A stretch of 63,655 nucleotides of DNA, filler included, from Pelomyxa schiedti (lineage: Eukaryota; Protista; Evosea), in NCBI GenBank assembly GCA_020536535.1. It is 11 parts of 11 records of this genome, joined end to end, with 100 filler letters (N's around TTAATTAATTAA, not from the genome) between each part and the next. Parts side by side here need not be neighbours in the genome. Positions count along the whole stretch, not along the records: positions 39,375 to 56,405 come from JAHLWZ010001133.1; positions 56,506 to 59,241 come from JAHLWZ010001908.1; positions 59,342 to 62,423 come from JAHLWZ010001829.1; positions 62,524 to 63,655 come from JAHLWZ010002788.1; 7 more parts are not named here. One strand, 5' to 3'. Both the position numbers and the translations under genes were made by a program. Shown piece after piece: positions 52,319 to 63,655 of the stretch; position 1 is the first letter of the stretch; each line of letters opens with the position of its first letter. Under the pieces are notes generated by a model, which was not told where the DNA came from, made no database searches, and was given only the letters and a program-made list of their open reading frames with translations.

Positions 52319-52434
52319 CCCCCCTGTGCTGTTTCGTTTTTTTTTGATGTGTCTTGGCTTTAATTTGGTGTTCTAACTGTTTCCTCTGAGGATTGGGGAG
52401 CAGGGAACTGGTGTCATATGCCAAGATCTTGAAA

Positions 52435-54150
52435 TTATCGTTGGATTTTATCGAGGTTGGTGATCGCTCTTCCAACTTTGTTATTTTTACTTTGTGGCCC
52501 AAAGGTGTTGTTCGCGACAGTCAGTTTTCTGGACCCATTACCTACGACAGTCTTCGATTTGTGGGGAAGAAAATGGGTGGAGACCATCGCTGCCTCCCAG
52601 TCTCGGCCCCATCTGTACCGTTCGTTCTTGGTGGTGTCACTGAATTGCGCGGTACAAACATGGGAACGAACCACAAAGGTATCCCGTAAACCCCCACCTC
52701 ACACTCAACAATATGACACGACATAGTGAGTGCCCTTACAACCACATAACAACACAGACCCCGACTTCACACTCTTGATTCATGAAAGTTGACTGGTACC
52801 GCTTGTGTTATAATTGTGTATTCACTTCTCACTTACAGGTGTTTTTCAGCAATTCTGGATTAATAGTATCTATTAATAGATGGTATTGGCCAGGTACAGT
52901 GTGAGTCTATGTTGGTTGTTATTGCTGCTTTGCACCTGGGAACTCCGGAATACCAGAATACCACCAGCCGCAATTTCTTTTCTCGACCAGTTTATCACAT
53001 TGGATCTTCAGGTTGTTGAATTGTGTCTGTTTGGAAAGAGTTAATATTTTGAGATCCTTTCATTTGGCAAGAATACCTTTCTAACTGAAAACTCTGATAT
53101 GAATGTACTTCCGTCGATCACAATTTCCTTGCACTGCATGCACCAGGATCTTTTCAAATTTTTATAATTTTAGAACAGCCCTATGAACGAAAAGGAAAAT
53201 ACTTTAACTTGGAAGCTTCCTCGTCGAAAGCCTGGAATTGTCTTACTGGAGGGTTGAACACCTTCTATCACTTGAGGCAGTGCGCATACACAAGCTTTCT
53301 TTCGTGGTGTCTGAAATAGGTACCTTTCGTTTTGATATTTTGTGATGGTGAGGTTTGGTATCTGGAATACAGACGGGACACTGGTGAAGATGTAATCACC
53401 ACTAGGAAGAGGTATTTTTATGGCTCTTTTAGCGTCACTTTCATCCATGAAACAAATATAAAAGTGATTGTTGTAAGGTTGAGTCCTTTGGTAGAATAGT
53501 GAGACATAGCATAAATATTAGCTAAAAGATCATATAAGCTGATGGTGGGTCAGTACCAATCTGGTGTTATCCCCTGTGCAAGGAAATGGTTTGTAACTGC
53601 TTGGACAGGGGTGCTTTTGTGTAGCCTGAAAATCCTCCTGCACAAGGGGGACTCCAGTTCAGGAGGCGAAAATAGAGGCCACTCAGATCCTGAGTGATAT
53701 ACCCACTCGGCCTTCAGCTGGACGAACCAATAGGGTTTCCCACCTCGATGGAATTCTTTGTTTTCAACACAGGCAGCCGAACAATGTGCGTCAAAATCAC
53801 ATAAATTCGCATTGACTCTCCCAGTCGCCCAACCTCCCGAATCTCGCGGGATCTTAAGTTTGAGTAAGATTGTTGTTCAACGCCACATATTATTGCGGAA
53901 AAGGAAAAAAAAACAAGACACACCCCGCGAATGACGCGAAAATATCGTCCGGCGGCAACTCAGCCAGAGTTACCCCAAGCAGCCTGCGGGCCGTCCGCGG
54001 GATCTCCAGCGCCTCTGGGGTACCGTCCACAACAAACAACTCCGCATCGTCATGTTCTCTTCGCTTCCGCCATCCCGTAGCAGCCGCACTTTCGCCGTTG
54101 CGTGATGGGCACACTTTTCCAACACCGCCTTTGCCAGCCCCGTCGGCCAT
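52435..54150 (-). CDS. Hypothetical multi-exon protein
   Basis: GC-rich first exon MADGAGKGG..., further open exons with GT-AG introns. No family recognised and the 3' end is uncertain. Confidence 0.4.
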
Positions 54151-57004
54151 GCGCATTGTGTTTTTTGGAATCCACTTGTTTGCGGTGATACGTCGCGCTA
54201 CTCCTCAACACAACACCAACAAGTAAAAAAAAAACACCTTAAAAAAATGATTTCTGCGAAAAAACCTGAGTTCAAGTGAGATTATTATCAATCACAAGAA
54301 AGTTTTACCTTGTGTGGGGAATAATAAAATCGGGGTCCTCCCTCTACAACAAGCTCAGCTGCTGTAGTAATCTGCACATGCATGCATGCATCTCGAAGTA
54401 GTCTCAAAAATCTCCTCCCAACAAGTTCAAGCCAGCCCAAGAAATGTAGTACTAAAGGCCGCCATGACGTGATTGAGTGGCACACAATTTGGCATAGTTT
54501 TTACACTTTCTCTTCGAAATACTATGTTATTTCTCAAAACACCAGAGATGGTGTGTTTACTTTGTTTGTGGCGTGATTGGGGTATGTTACCCAAGTGACG
54601 TGGAGAAAGTAAAACAATAGAAAAAGAAACTCATACTCACGAACACATACATTGTGTGGGTACCCAACAGCACATAGTATTGTTTGGCGTTTTGTCGAAG
54701 TTACGGCGCATGTGTGGTGGTGCCGCAGATCTTTTGTTTAATTTACGGGTTTATAGATCTCAGATCTGCCACCCTCAGCTGAGACTGAGGGTGAAATAAT
54801 CTGTTGTGCCACAAAGGAGTTCTCAGTCAAGCAAAAAAGCACAAGGCTCAACCGATCGACGCTGTGCCATCCCACAATGCGGGCCACCACTAAGCCCAAG
54901 CCCATCAAAGATGTCTAGACACTGTTGTTCTATTTGTGCTGGCTGCAGGCGGTGATGCTGTATACAACATGAATGGCCTCTTTTGTTTGAGCCCAACAGA
55001 GCAGAGAAGAAGCAAACATAGGATCCAGTGACATCCAACGTGAGGCCCATCCACACCTGCTTTCAAATGAACCAAAACAGGTAATTAGAGTCCGGTTGAA
55101 TGGTCCACTTACAGCCGTTTGAAACAGTGGTTTGGAGGGACTTGTACATCGTGGAAATGTATTTCTGTTGTGACACCACATCCAGTCAGAAAAAACAAGA
55201 AGGTGCTCTTCAAATTCGAAGTCCACTTGTCACCCAGTCTGCTAATCAGACTTCACTATCACAGGTGGGTCATGAACATAATGAAGTGGCACAAGATTTG
55301 GCCAAAGACACTCAGTGAGTGACAACAAACACACATGGAGACAAAGAGCACGAGAAATTGGTGAGGGACAACTTCTGTGTCTACTCTAGTGAGTGTGTCA
55401 GTGTCTGTGTGTTGCCGTCTACTCGCTGTGAGTTTGGGGTGGCACACAGACAGGCAGGCACAGAGAGACCCCGTCGTGGACACTTACCACGTGTCCGAGT
55501 TGCACCCCCTGCATCACACTCATTCTCATCCCCCGTGCATCCTTCTTGAACCCCACCCTGTGTGGCCGTGTGTGTGCCTCAACACCACTTCGTTTGGGGG
55601 GGATGGCAGTTTTCTTGTTTCTTAGGCATCATGAGGCAATGTGTCAATAAAGCGCCGGAGTTGTGGTACAATGGATAAAAAAGGCCAGTGAAGCCAAAAA
55701 AGGTTGCCACATTGTGAGCACATCGATTGCCACACGTCAATCAGAACAGAGAATCACAGCAGCGTCACAGTCACTCATTTTTGGTCAGCAGCAGGCAGTC
55801 TCATCGTCACATAGCAGCCCAAGCAGCACTCTCAGCCAAGTGAAATTGAAAATGAAACCACACAGTGATGACAAACAAAGAGGAGCAGGAGGCAGAGCTG
55901 ATGGAAAGATTTGATGATTTGGATACTGCTGTATGCTACCTGCTGCTTTGCTTGCGCATTCAGTGATCTGTCAAATCATGAGACTGGCTGCCCCACGTTG
56001 CACTCTTCGTTGTTGCACACACTCTGAGACTGCACACTGGTGCCTGCTCACACAAACAAGTCGAGTTGTTCACTTTCCTTGCAGCCCAGCCTGTTACTCA
56101 AAGCATAAACGAAAGAATAGGGCTCCCCTGTGCATGTAAAGGAATTGCGAAAGCTGGCTGGCTGCGTGTGTAGATTTAACTAAGGAAAGAAAGCTTCATA
56201 CTTGGTTAGTGTGCTGTGCAGGTTCTGTGTGTTGGTAAGTCACAAGGAAGGTATTGACAAGTCATTTAAATAGCCGTATAAAAGTCAAACATAATAGGTA
56301 CCCCCAGACTTATAGGCAGGCCTGGGAGAATGTGTGCAGCTCTGACCAACTCAGGGTCTCCCTGCATTGCCACTGCAGCCCTTTTCTGCATTTCCGGCAT
56401 GGTATNNNNNNNNNNNNNNNNNNNNNNNNNNNNNNNNNNNNNNNNNNNNTTAATTAATTAANNNNNNNNNNNNNNNNNNNNNNNNNNNNNNNNNNNNNNN
56501 NNNNNGCAAGGCAAACCTGCAAGGACGTTGGTTGCACTCAACAGAGCAACGAGGGAAACAACAATCAGGAGGGTTGACATGTTGCTCAGCACTCCTGAAT
56601 TTTGGAAACAAAGTTTTCACCTTAGGCGATGCCGCGAATCAATCTCGAAATGCGGTGCCCCAAACATCAACCCAAACCAGCCAGGAGAGGCCCGGAATTT
56701 TGGGGTGTTAATCTTCTCATTTCGGAACATTAACACCAACGCTTGCGAAGTCACATCCACCCACCCAAGAAAACAAAGATGATCAAAATTGTGAGGTTAC
56801 ATCACAGGGAGAACATCACCCACTCTCTTCCTCCTGGAATCTGCTGTGAACTTCCTCCTGGGTTTGCACCCTTCCGTGGGAATTTGTGTTCAAAGTACAT
56901 GCCAAAATGATTTAGGTGATTGGTCCCAACTGAACCTCAACTTCCATCATGATCCAGGACCCCTTAACAATGGAACTCAACCTTTTTTTAGTTCTTACAT
57001 TGGT

Positions 57005-58441
57005 TCAGGATACAAACTCTTGCTGCACTTTAAAGTCATGCAAGAGGGGAAAAGCCACAGAAGAGATGCAACAACCTGTCACAGGCTCGATAATCTTCAC
57101 ACAGTTTCCAGTCTGATCAGCAATTAACAGCAGACCACAGAACACACTTACTCTCATGTGAAGAGGTGTGAAGTGGATAACCTTGGACGGTTCCTGTGTG
57201 GGATCAGTGATGTTGCAATCCCACACAAACAATTTTCCTTGTTGTGGATCCACAGTACAGCACTCATATTCACTGAGTTTGAGATATCCACTGCTTGGGA
57301 GTGCCCTTGTTGTGCCACTGAGTTCTTCCACCTGGATAACAGCCTTGCACCACCTTTTCACACACATCTCAATTATGAAAGTGTGGGAGCCATTTATTCT
57401 CCTCAGAGTTAGCACAGAAAAGTTGAATGTATCCCACAAACTACATGCTGTTGTGCTTATAACACACAGAGAACCTGTTGTGTGTGTCAGTTCCACATCA
57501 ACAATCAAAAGTAGCAGATTGTGCAATGTGCTGGCTTGTTCTGCCAGAACAAGTAATTCATCAGGCCTTGTCCCAGTGAAACCAAAACTAACCTCATCCA
57601 CACCAGAGGGCATGCGGACAGTCACCCAAGCCTCATTGTTCTGACAATTCCACCCTGTCATTGAGGTGGGTGATGACGGGGGAACAACCAGCCGGAAAGT
57701 GCGCAGAACGAGAGCGAACCTTGTTTGTTTCTCTGAGCATCCCTCCTCACAAGCCACCACCATGGTTCCCCCAAGAACCAGCCACTTCCCATTGGTAGCT
57801 TCTCGCTGCCTTCCCAGCCTCTCCACGCACCAACCAACCACAGGCCTCCTCGCTCCCCTCTGCCCCCTCCCGTCATATATCATGCCGGTGCCCCTCCTCT
57901 CACTGGGATTCTCCTGCCCCCCTGATGTGTCAGTGGAGTCACACCACATCCAAGTCCCGGTCCCGGCGGCAGCAGAGACGTCAGGCCCGCGGTCCATGCA
58001 CAGCAGCCACCTGTCATCGACCCATAAGCGAGGCAGGGGCACCCCGGCCGCGAACCTGGGCGCCGGGCCGCGGGTCACGCTCAGAAGCAGCGGGGAGACG
58101 CTGACGGACAGCCACGCCTCCCACAATCGGGCCTCGCAGTCGCCGGGCTCCTGGCCCTTGACCGCCACGACGACCGTGCGCTGTGTGGCCTGGACGAGGT
58201 CCCACAGCAGCCTCGCGATAGTGTGGCTGTGTGCCTCGAGGCACGATGTCGACGCAGCTGCTAGTTGTTGTTGTTGTTGTTGTTGCTGTTGCTGTTGCTG
58301 TTGCTGTTGTTCTGGTGGCCACGTGGTTGTGTTTGTGTCTGTGGATCGTGGGGAGAATGAACCGCGGTCGGCAACCAGAAGGGCGAGAATCTGGTCATGG
58401 GCACGCAACGACGTGCCAAACTCCTGCCTTTGTTGATGCAT
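57005..58441 (-). CDS. Intronless member of the expanded unannotated family, with polyQ tract
   Basis: 478-aa ORF; RAHDQILALLV, IARLLWD, VSVSPLLLSV, TNGKW, IVDVELTHTTGSL. Confidence 0.75.
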   Translation of the reverse strand: MHQQRQEFGTSLRAHDQILALLVADRGSFSPRSTDTNTTTWPPEQQQQQQQQQQQQQQQLAAASTSCLEAHSHTIARLLWDLVQATQRTVVVAVKGQEPGDCEARLWEAWLSVSVSPLLLSVTRGPAPRFAAGVPLPRLWVDDRWLLCMDRGPDVSAAAGTGTWMWCDSTDTSGGQENPSERRGTGMIYDGRGQRGARRPVVGWCVERLGRQREATNGKWLVLGGTMVVACEEGCSEKQTRFALVLRTFRLVVPPSSPTSMTGWNCQNNEAWVTVRMPSGVDEVSFGFTGTRPDELLVLAEQASTLHNLLLLIVDVELTHTTGSLCVISTTACSLWDTFNFSVLTLRRINGSHTFIIEMCVKRWCKAVIQVEELSGTTRALPSSGYLKLSEYECCTVDPQQGKLFVWDCNITDPTQEPSKVIHFTPLHMRVSVFCGLLLIADQTGNCVKIIEPVTGCCISSVAFPLLHDFKVQQEFVS

Positions 58442-58525
58442 TTGTTGATGTCGTCTAGGTTACGGGCGTAATTTGTAACCTATAACTACAAATTTCTTGT
58501 TGCTTGATCGAGTTTATCCTAAGTG

Positions 58526-59069
58526 ATGATACAGGCACAGACGACGCAAGGCCAACTTGGAGCGGTCGCAGCGGGCGCAACGATTGTGCGGTGCGGTAAG
58601 GACAGCGCCCTTCAGCGAGTTATGGGACGCGGCGGCGCCACCACGTTCGTGGGGGTGCTGTGGTCCGACTGGGTCCGTCCCACAATGCGGTTCCTGGCAC
58701 TGGAAGCCAGGGCGTATATATCCCCCTATTTCCCGGCGTTACATACCCCACCCAGACCCAAGGGTCTGCAGACAGGCAGGTGTGTCTTGCAGTCTCGCCA
58801 CTGCTCCTGAGTACTCAACGCAAGTACTCACACACGTGGATGAGGTGTTTCAGGTGTCTGACTCACTGCTCTGTGTGTCATTCCGCACAGACATAGATCA
58901 TCAGCTCGTAAGGTTCTATCATAGGGACAACCTGACACACCCTCTGGATCTTCTTCCTCCTGGAATCCACAGTAACGCCAAATCCTTAAGGAACTTAAGT
59001 TCAGGGCAATTGCCCATTGGTGGAACATCACAAACTGCGGGTGCGACCATCGCTGTCTCATTCTGGTAA
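58526..59069 (+). pseudogene. Divergently oriented, frameshifted or deleted member of the same family
   Basis: QGQLGAVAAGATIVRCGKDSALQRV..VGVLWSDWVRP, then a frame change to QVSDSLLCV. Confidence 0.5.
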
Positions 59070-59341
59070 TGATCCAATCCCGCTACCAATGCTGAAAACC
59101 AAAAAAACCTATTAATCTCATCCCTGTTTATAGGAGGTAAGAGGAGTTTGGGGAAGTGATTGTGGCAATGTGGGCATGTGAAAGTGGGTCAATGAGGTCC
59201 ACCTCGGTGGAAACACCGTTGTGGTGAACAAGCATAATCCCNNNNNNNNNNNNNNNNNNNNNNNNNNNNNNNNNNNNNNNNNNNNTTAATTAATTAANNN
59301 NNNNNNNNNNNNNNNNNNNNNNNNNNNNNNNNNNNNNNNNN

Positions 59342-59549
59342 GTCGCGGGGGGTGGCCGCCGCGTGCTTCCCGCACGTCGTGGGGTTCTGCAGGTCGGCGC
59401 TGGGGTGCAGGAGCCTCGTGCTGCTCGGGGGCGTGCAGACAAACAACGGCAGGGCGGTGCGGCGGTACCAACGCCACGGCTTCGTGGCCTACGGCGACGG
59501 CTACTGGTCGCCTGAGGGCCACAACACCGACATGAGGATGTTACAGTAA
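59342..59549 (+). CDS. C-terminal fragment of a GNAT acetyltransferase, 5' truncated
   Basis: GCRSLVLLGGVQTNNGRAVRRYQRHGF matches GNAT motif B (N..A...Y...GF). Confidence 0.7.
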
Positions 59550-59559
59550 AAGTTTTCGA

Positions 59560-61440
59560 CTCAGAGGGGCGCGAGTTTAGAAGCCAGGGTAAAAAAACCT
59601 CACCTTCGTTTGTGAATTTTATTGCCTGGCAACCAAGTGTTTTGAAAGTGCGCGACATTATGGGCTCCCCGCCTCGTTTCTTTTTTTGGGCCGTCCCAAC
59701 AATGTGGGTTGTTTGCGAGCCAAAAAGATCACGAGGGGAGTACCCGCTGGCGGGTACAAGAATCGACTTCTTCTCATTCACTCCGTAGAGGGGCCAGACC
59801 CTGAGAATCTGGAAAAGGCAATGGTTACTTATTAGCTTTTTAGCTTGTACCAGTGGTTACTGGTTGACAAGGTAACAATACACAATTGGTGTGGTGGAAC
59901 CCACAAGCAACGAATGAAACCAAACCAGGCAGTTCCACATGGTAAAAAGTGTCAGGAGGCATATGAGAATCCATTCCGGGCGGGTTGGAAACACATGGAG
60001 GAATTCGCGGCCGTGTGCCTGGTTGTACTCCCAGCCGGCAGTCTGCTGTGAGGCCTCCCATAATCAGCCTTCCGTCGGCTAGTGCTATTCCGTAGTGGGT
60101 GACACCAACGGCCGCGTGTATCGCGACGCTGGGGAATTTGAGGTAGGTCCAAAGCAGCCCAGGGGAGTTGAAAATAGGCCCGGAGCCCTGGGTGAAGTGA
60201 ATGTCATGATAGTAACCACTGTAGAAGAGAAGGGAAAAAAAAGCTTACTACGAAGGCACCCGTGGTGGTTATGAAAACAGATGCATTTCTACCGGCACCT
60301 ACAAAGTTGAAGCGATCAAGAGAAGGCCCAAACGAGATTTTCTCTGGAAGGGGACAGCACAGGAGGCTCGTTCTACTTGGACCCAGCCTTGCATCCAGGC
60401 CACAGCCAAATCCCCAAACACTCCCCACATTATCGCGAACCAGAGAGTGGTAGGTTCCAGCAGCGATTTGTACAGGAACAACATCTTCCGGGAACTCAAT
60501 CCTACGTGGAGGCTGATATATATCTCTTGTCCTCTCGGGAGTACCAAGTTCACCGTAGCCACAGGAAACTCCCCAGGCATATACGCGGGGTCTTGAAGCC
60601 GTGGATGAGTTGGCCCGTGGTTGGGTCAGAGCTAAATAATGTGAACATCCACATGCAACACCTGTAACATGTTGATCTTCTAGTCCGGCAACCATATATG
60701 GGTAGTTTTCTTCTTCACTGCAAACATATCTGAAAAGTAGATTAAGTCTATCGGCAAGGGGAATGGCCAGCTTACGCTTTCCCACTTAAAGTACAAAACA
60801 CTGTACTAAAGGCACCACACGCCACTTGGGTGACAACTTCATGTGAAAGAGCTTGGACAATAGTTGGAGTTGCTATTGCGGACTCATTACTTTCCACCCC
60901 GAGTCTGCCCTACTTCAAAACGTGAGAATGACCCACGTTACCACAGTTACAGTGTTAACTTACTCTGTGGTTATAGCCAAAGCAGTATGCATGCCCACTT
61001 GCGTCAACAACAGCTGTATGAGTAGAACCACCACTGACATTTAGGATAGAAACCTAAATTTAGTAAGGTACTGGAACCTATATAAGAAGGAAATATGTGT
61101 GTACTTACATCAGAACGAAAAGTTACTTTCCTTGGAAGGGAACATGAGTTGTGCGCAAATCCCAGCCTGCCACATGAGCCAAGTCCAAATGACCACAACT
61201 GCCTCACCTGAAAAATATTTATTTCCTCCTCTGAATAACCCAATACAACCTTCAGTAGATAGACTTTCAGTGCTACTGGGCACCATCTCCTACATACAAA
61301 GACACATTGACGAACCGATTCTGTGCTCACAAAGTCGAGAATAATTTCCAGTACCTGACAGGAGTATTAGCTTCAATCACCCCCAAAAAAATACAAACAG
61401 GAACGGGGACACGCGCAAAGAGAGTGCCATCCTCTCCGCA
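59560..61440 (-). CDS. F-box plus RCC1-repeat protein, multi-exon (ends approximate)
   Basis: LFARVPVP-VLEIILDFV..VFVCRRW (F-box); WSFGLGSCGRLG, VACGCSHYLAL..VYAWG..GELG, IAAGTYHSLV..VWGFG..RLG, VACGFHHT (RCC1). Confidence 0.83.
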
Positions 61441-62834
61441 ATATGGTCTTGTATTACAGAGTGCAACTAGTTACCATTTATGCGCGCCGTAATAAAATGA
61501 GTATATTACATAGTCTGTTGCAAGCTTTGGTAACAATACCCAGTGTGTCCATTGTTGAGTCAAAACCGCTCGTGTCAATCTCCTGTGTGATTTCAAGAGG
61601 AAAAAAAACGATTTCAGTTGTGCATTTTTTGTGTACCGAAAATTGGAGGATTTGCTTTCGACGGGGGCAGCGTTTGTGGTTGGTGGGGGCAGGAGCGCAA
61701 GAGGTGGTGTCCCCGGCGCCAACCTCTTCCCCGTGACAGTGTCGCCGTTGGTGCTGCTGGCCTTCCTGCTGTTATTGTTATTGTTGTTGACTATGATGGC
61801 AGGTGCAGTGGTGGGGGCGCTGAGCCAGCGGGAGTGGGCTGGGCCCGGTTTGGTTCTTTGTTGTTCTGTCTAAAGGCAGAACGGCATTCTGCAGCCCGCA
61901 TGGCAGGGGGATACTTTTTCGGCGTTCTCTGGGATTGGTGGAAGTGAGAGGGAATGGGAGGGTGTGAAAACCAAAAACGTGTCCCCTGATCTTTGACAAA
62001 TCGAGGGCCAGCCCATTTTCTCCGCATCTGACAAGATGGTGCCGTGTAGCAACAAGCAAGTACCTTTGAGGTTTTTGCTTCCAGATTCCTTCTCTAACTT
62101 TATTTCTTCCCCCTTGGCAGATTTAACATTTACTAACACAAAGAAACAAAGTGTCTCATAAACATCGATTAATTGAAGTGCAGGTGGTGGAGTCTTCTAC
62201 TAGATGCTGAAAGCCACGTACTGCGCGCAGTGTGGATCTGTGCTGGAGATTTTGCTGCATTGAGTTTAAAAACGAAAGTTCCCTGCATGTGCCCAACTGC
62301 TTGTGTGGCAATGAATCTGACTGACACTGCCTTCTCTCTTACTTCATTACAATACATTCTGGAGGAAATGGGAAAAGAAACTGCCCGAAAGAAGGAGGAG
62401 GAGGAAAGGGAGCGCGCAAAACGNNNNNNNNNNNNNNNNNNNNNNNNNNNNNNNNNNNNNNNNNNNNTTAATTAATTAANNNNNNNNNNNNNNNNNNNNN
62501 NNNNNNNNNNNNNNNNNNNNNNNGTTGAAAGTCACCCGCACCGGGGTTGTTGTCACTGAGGCCACACACAGGGGATCACCTGGTGATGGCCCAACCCTCC
62601 TCATATCACTCAGTGATGCATACTCTGGTACTTGCCTTGCAACTATGACTGCTCCTAACCTTGTTTCCAAGGGCTATTAGGCCCCTAATAGCGCCTGATC
62701 TTTGCTTTCTGCGAAAATAGCCAATCATTTTTGTTCGTACGAAAACAAAAAAAAAAAAGAATGATGAGACCACGGCGCGGCCTTTTATACCGGCGCGTTT
62801 CCTACAAACCAAGACCAAAATCAAAACAAAAACA

Positions 62835-63655
62835 ATGAGTAGTCCTACAGCGAAACAACAAAAGCAATCGGCTGCAGCGACTGCGACTAGCACCACGACC
62901 ACGAGCAGTAGTTGTAGTTGTGATTATGGGCCGGGGTGTACCAGTACGAGTACTAGTACTTCACGGCGTGGTGGAAATGAAAATGAAACGTACGATTGTG
63001 GTTGTGGTTGTGGTGAGCAGCCAAAATCACGTCCGGCTGGGCTTCAGGTTTTTTAACATTACTTCATATGTAGATATGTGATATGTGATATGTGATATGT
63101 GATATGTGATATGTGATATGTGATATGTGATATGTGATATGTGATATGTGATATGTGAGTAAAATTGTGGTTTCTAGGTGGATAAAAGAAGCAATCTTAT
63201 TGCGAGTTCATTGGGTATGAGGGAGGCTCTAGTAAACGATCCTCTGGTTGGCTCCATCACAAGCTCAAAATTGGGTAACTCCTTTGATTTCAACAATTGA
63301 AAAATGACACGCGGTCAACATACAGTTACTTGCTCTCTTGAATGTAAGAATAAAGCGACTGTGACCTGTCTGAACTGTGGATGTGATATGTGTTCAATGC
63401 ATGATAAGGCGATCCACCTGGGATCTCTTGGGGGGCACACACGGCTCCCTTTGATTGGCACCACCTCAACTGAAGTGTCGACCTCGGGGCACAATTTCCC
63501 ATCAGAACTACCTTTCATGAAATGCAAAGAGCACAAGGAACCACTTATCCTGTTTTGCAAGACAGATAAGTGCCGGCAGCCAATTTGCGTGGTGTGTGCC
63601 AAATTTGGCTTACACAAGGGGCATGATCTTGTTTCAATCAACGATTGGAATGCTG
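62835..63655 (+). CDS. Tandem B-box zinc-finger protein (TRIM-like), 3' truncated
   Basis: CSLECKNKATVTCLNCGCDMCSMHDKAIH..GHTR and KCKEHKEPLILFCKTDKCRQPICVVCAKFGLHKGHDL. Confidence 0.82.
63073..63156. repeat. (GATATGT)12 tandem repeat, intronic
   Basis: Twelve perfect 7-mers inside intron ~63048-63177. Confidence 0.95.

Noticed and set aside
54715-54795. Additional MITE around CAGATCT repeats and the CACCCTCAG/CTGAGGGTG hairpin
   Set aside because: No matching TIR pair with a target-site duplication could be defined.
13639-63655. Functional cluster of ubiquitin-system genes (three F-box fusions, B-box and others)
   Set aside because: They lie on different concatenated contigs, so no linkage can be inferred.

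Overview
Eukaryotic genomic DNA, not prokaryotic. Genes are densely packed and split by many short (~30-55 nt) GT-AG introns. The gene families suggest an amoeboid protist (Amoebozoa, reminiscent of Archamoebae such as Pelomyxa; this is inference only). The window is an artificial concatenation of 11 contigs joined by N44-TTAATTAATTAA-N44 linkers, with two further 100-N gaps, so adjacency across linkers has no biological meaning. Recognisable genes are SRP54, a USP10/Ubp3-like deubiquitinase, RhoGAP-SH3, an F-box-like/Ras fusion, a GPI ethanolamine-phosphate transferase, an M6PR/ATG27-like receptor, an LMW-PTP-fold arsenate reductase-like protein, a cap N7-methyltransferase-like protein, an H-lectin/ankyrin protein, F-box-SPRY, two TKL kinases, an ERI1-like exonuclease with a second degenerate domain, condensin CAP-D2, a GNAT fragment, F-box-RCC1, a B-box protein, a tandem array of MORN genes and six members of an unannotated expanded family. 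The most striking non-coding structure is at 51396-52318: two long inverted repeats (72 bp, and 215 bp perfect with a diverged extension) joined by an apparently intact intron, built from gene fragments and lying in a CpG desert. This is a candidate hairpin-RNA silencing locus. Other highlights are a second fold-back gene locus (27818-29098), a six-copy hairpin-repeat array with superficial CRISPR-repeat resemblance (6756-6984), and two hAT-type MITEs with perfect 8-bp target-site duplications. Multi-exon gene boundaries were parsed by eye and are approximate.
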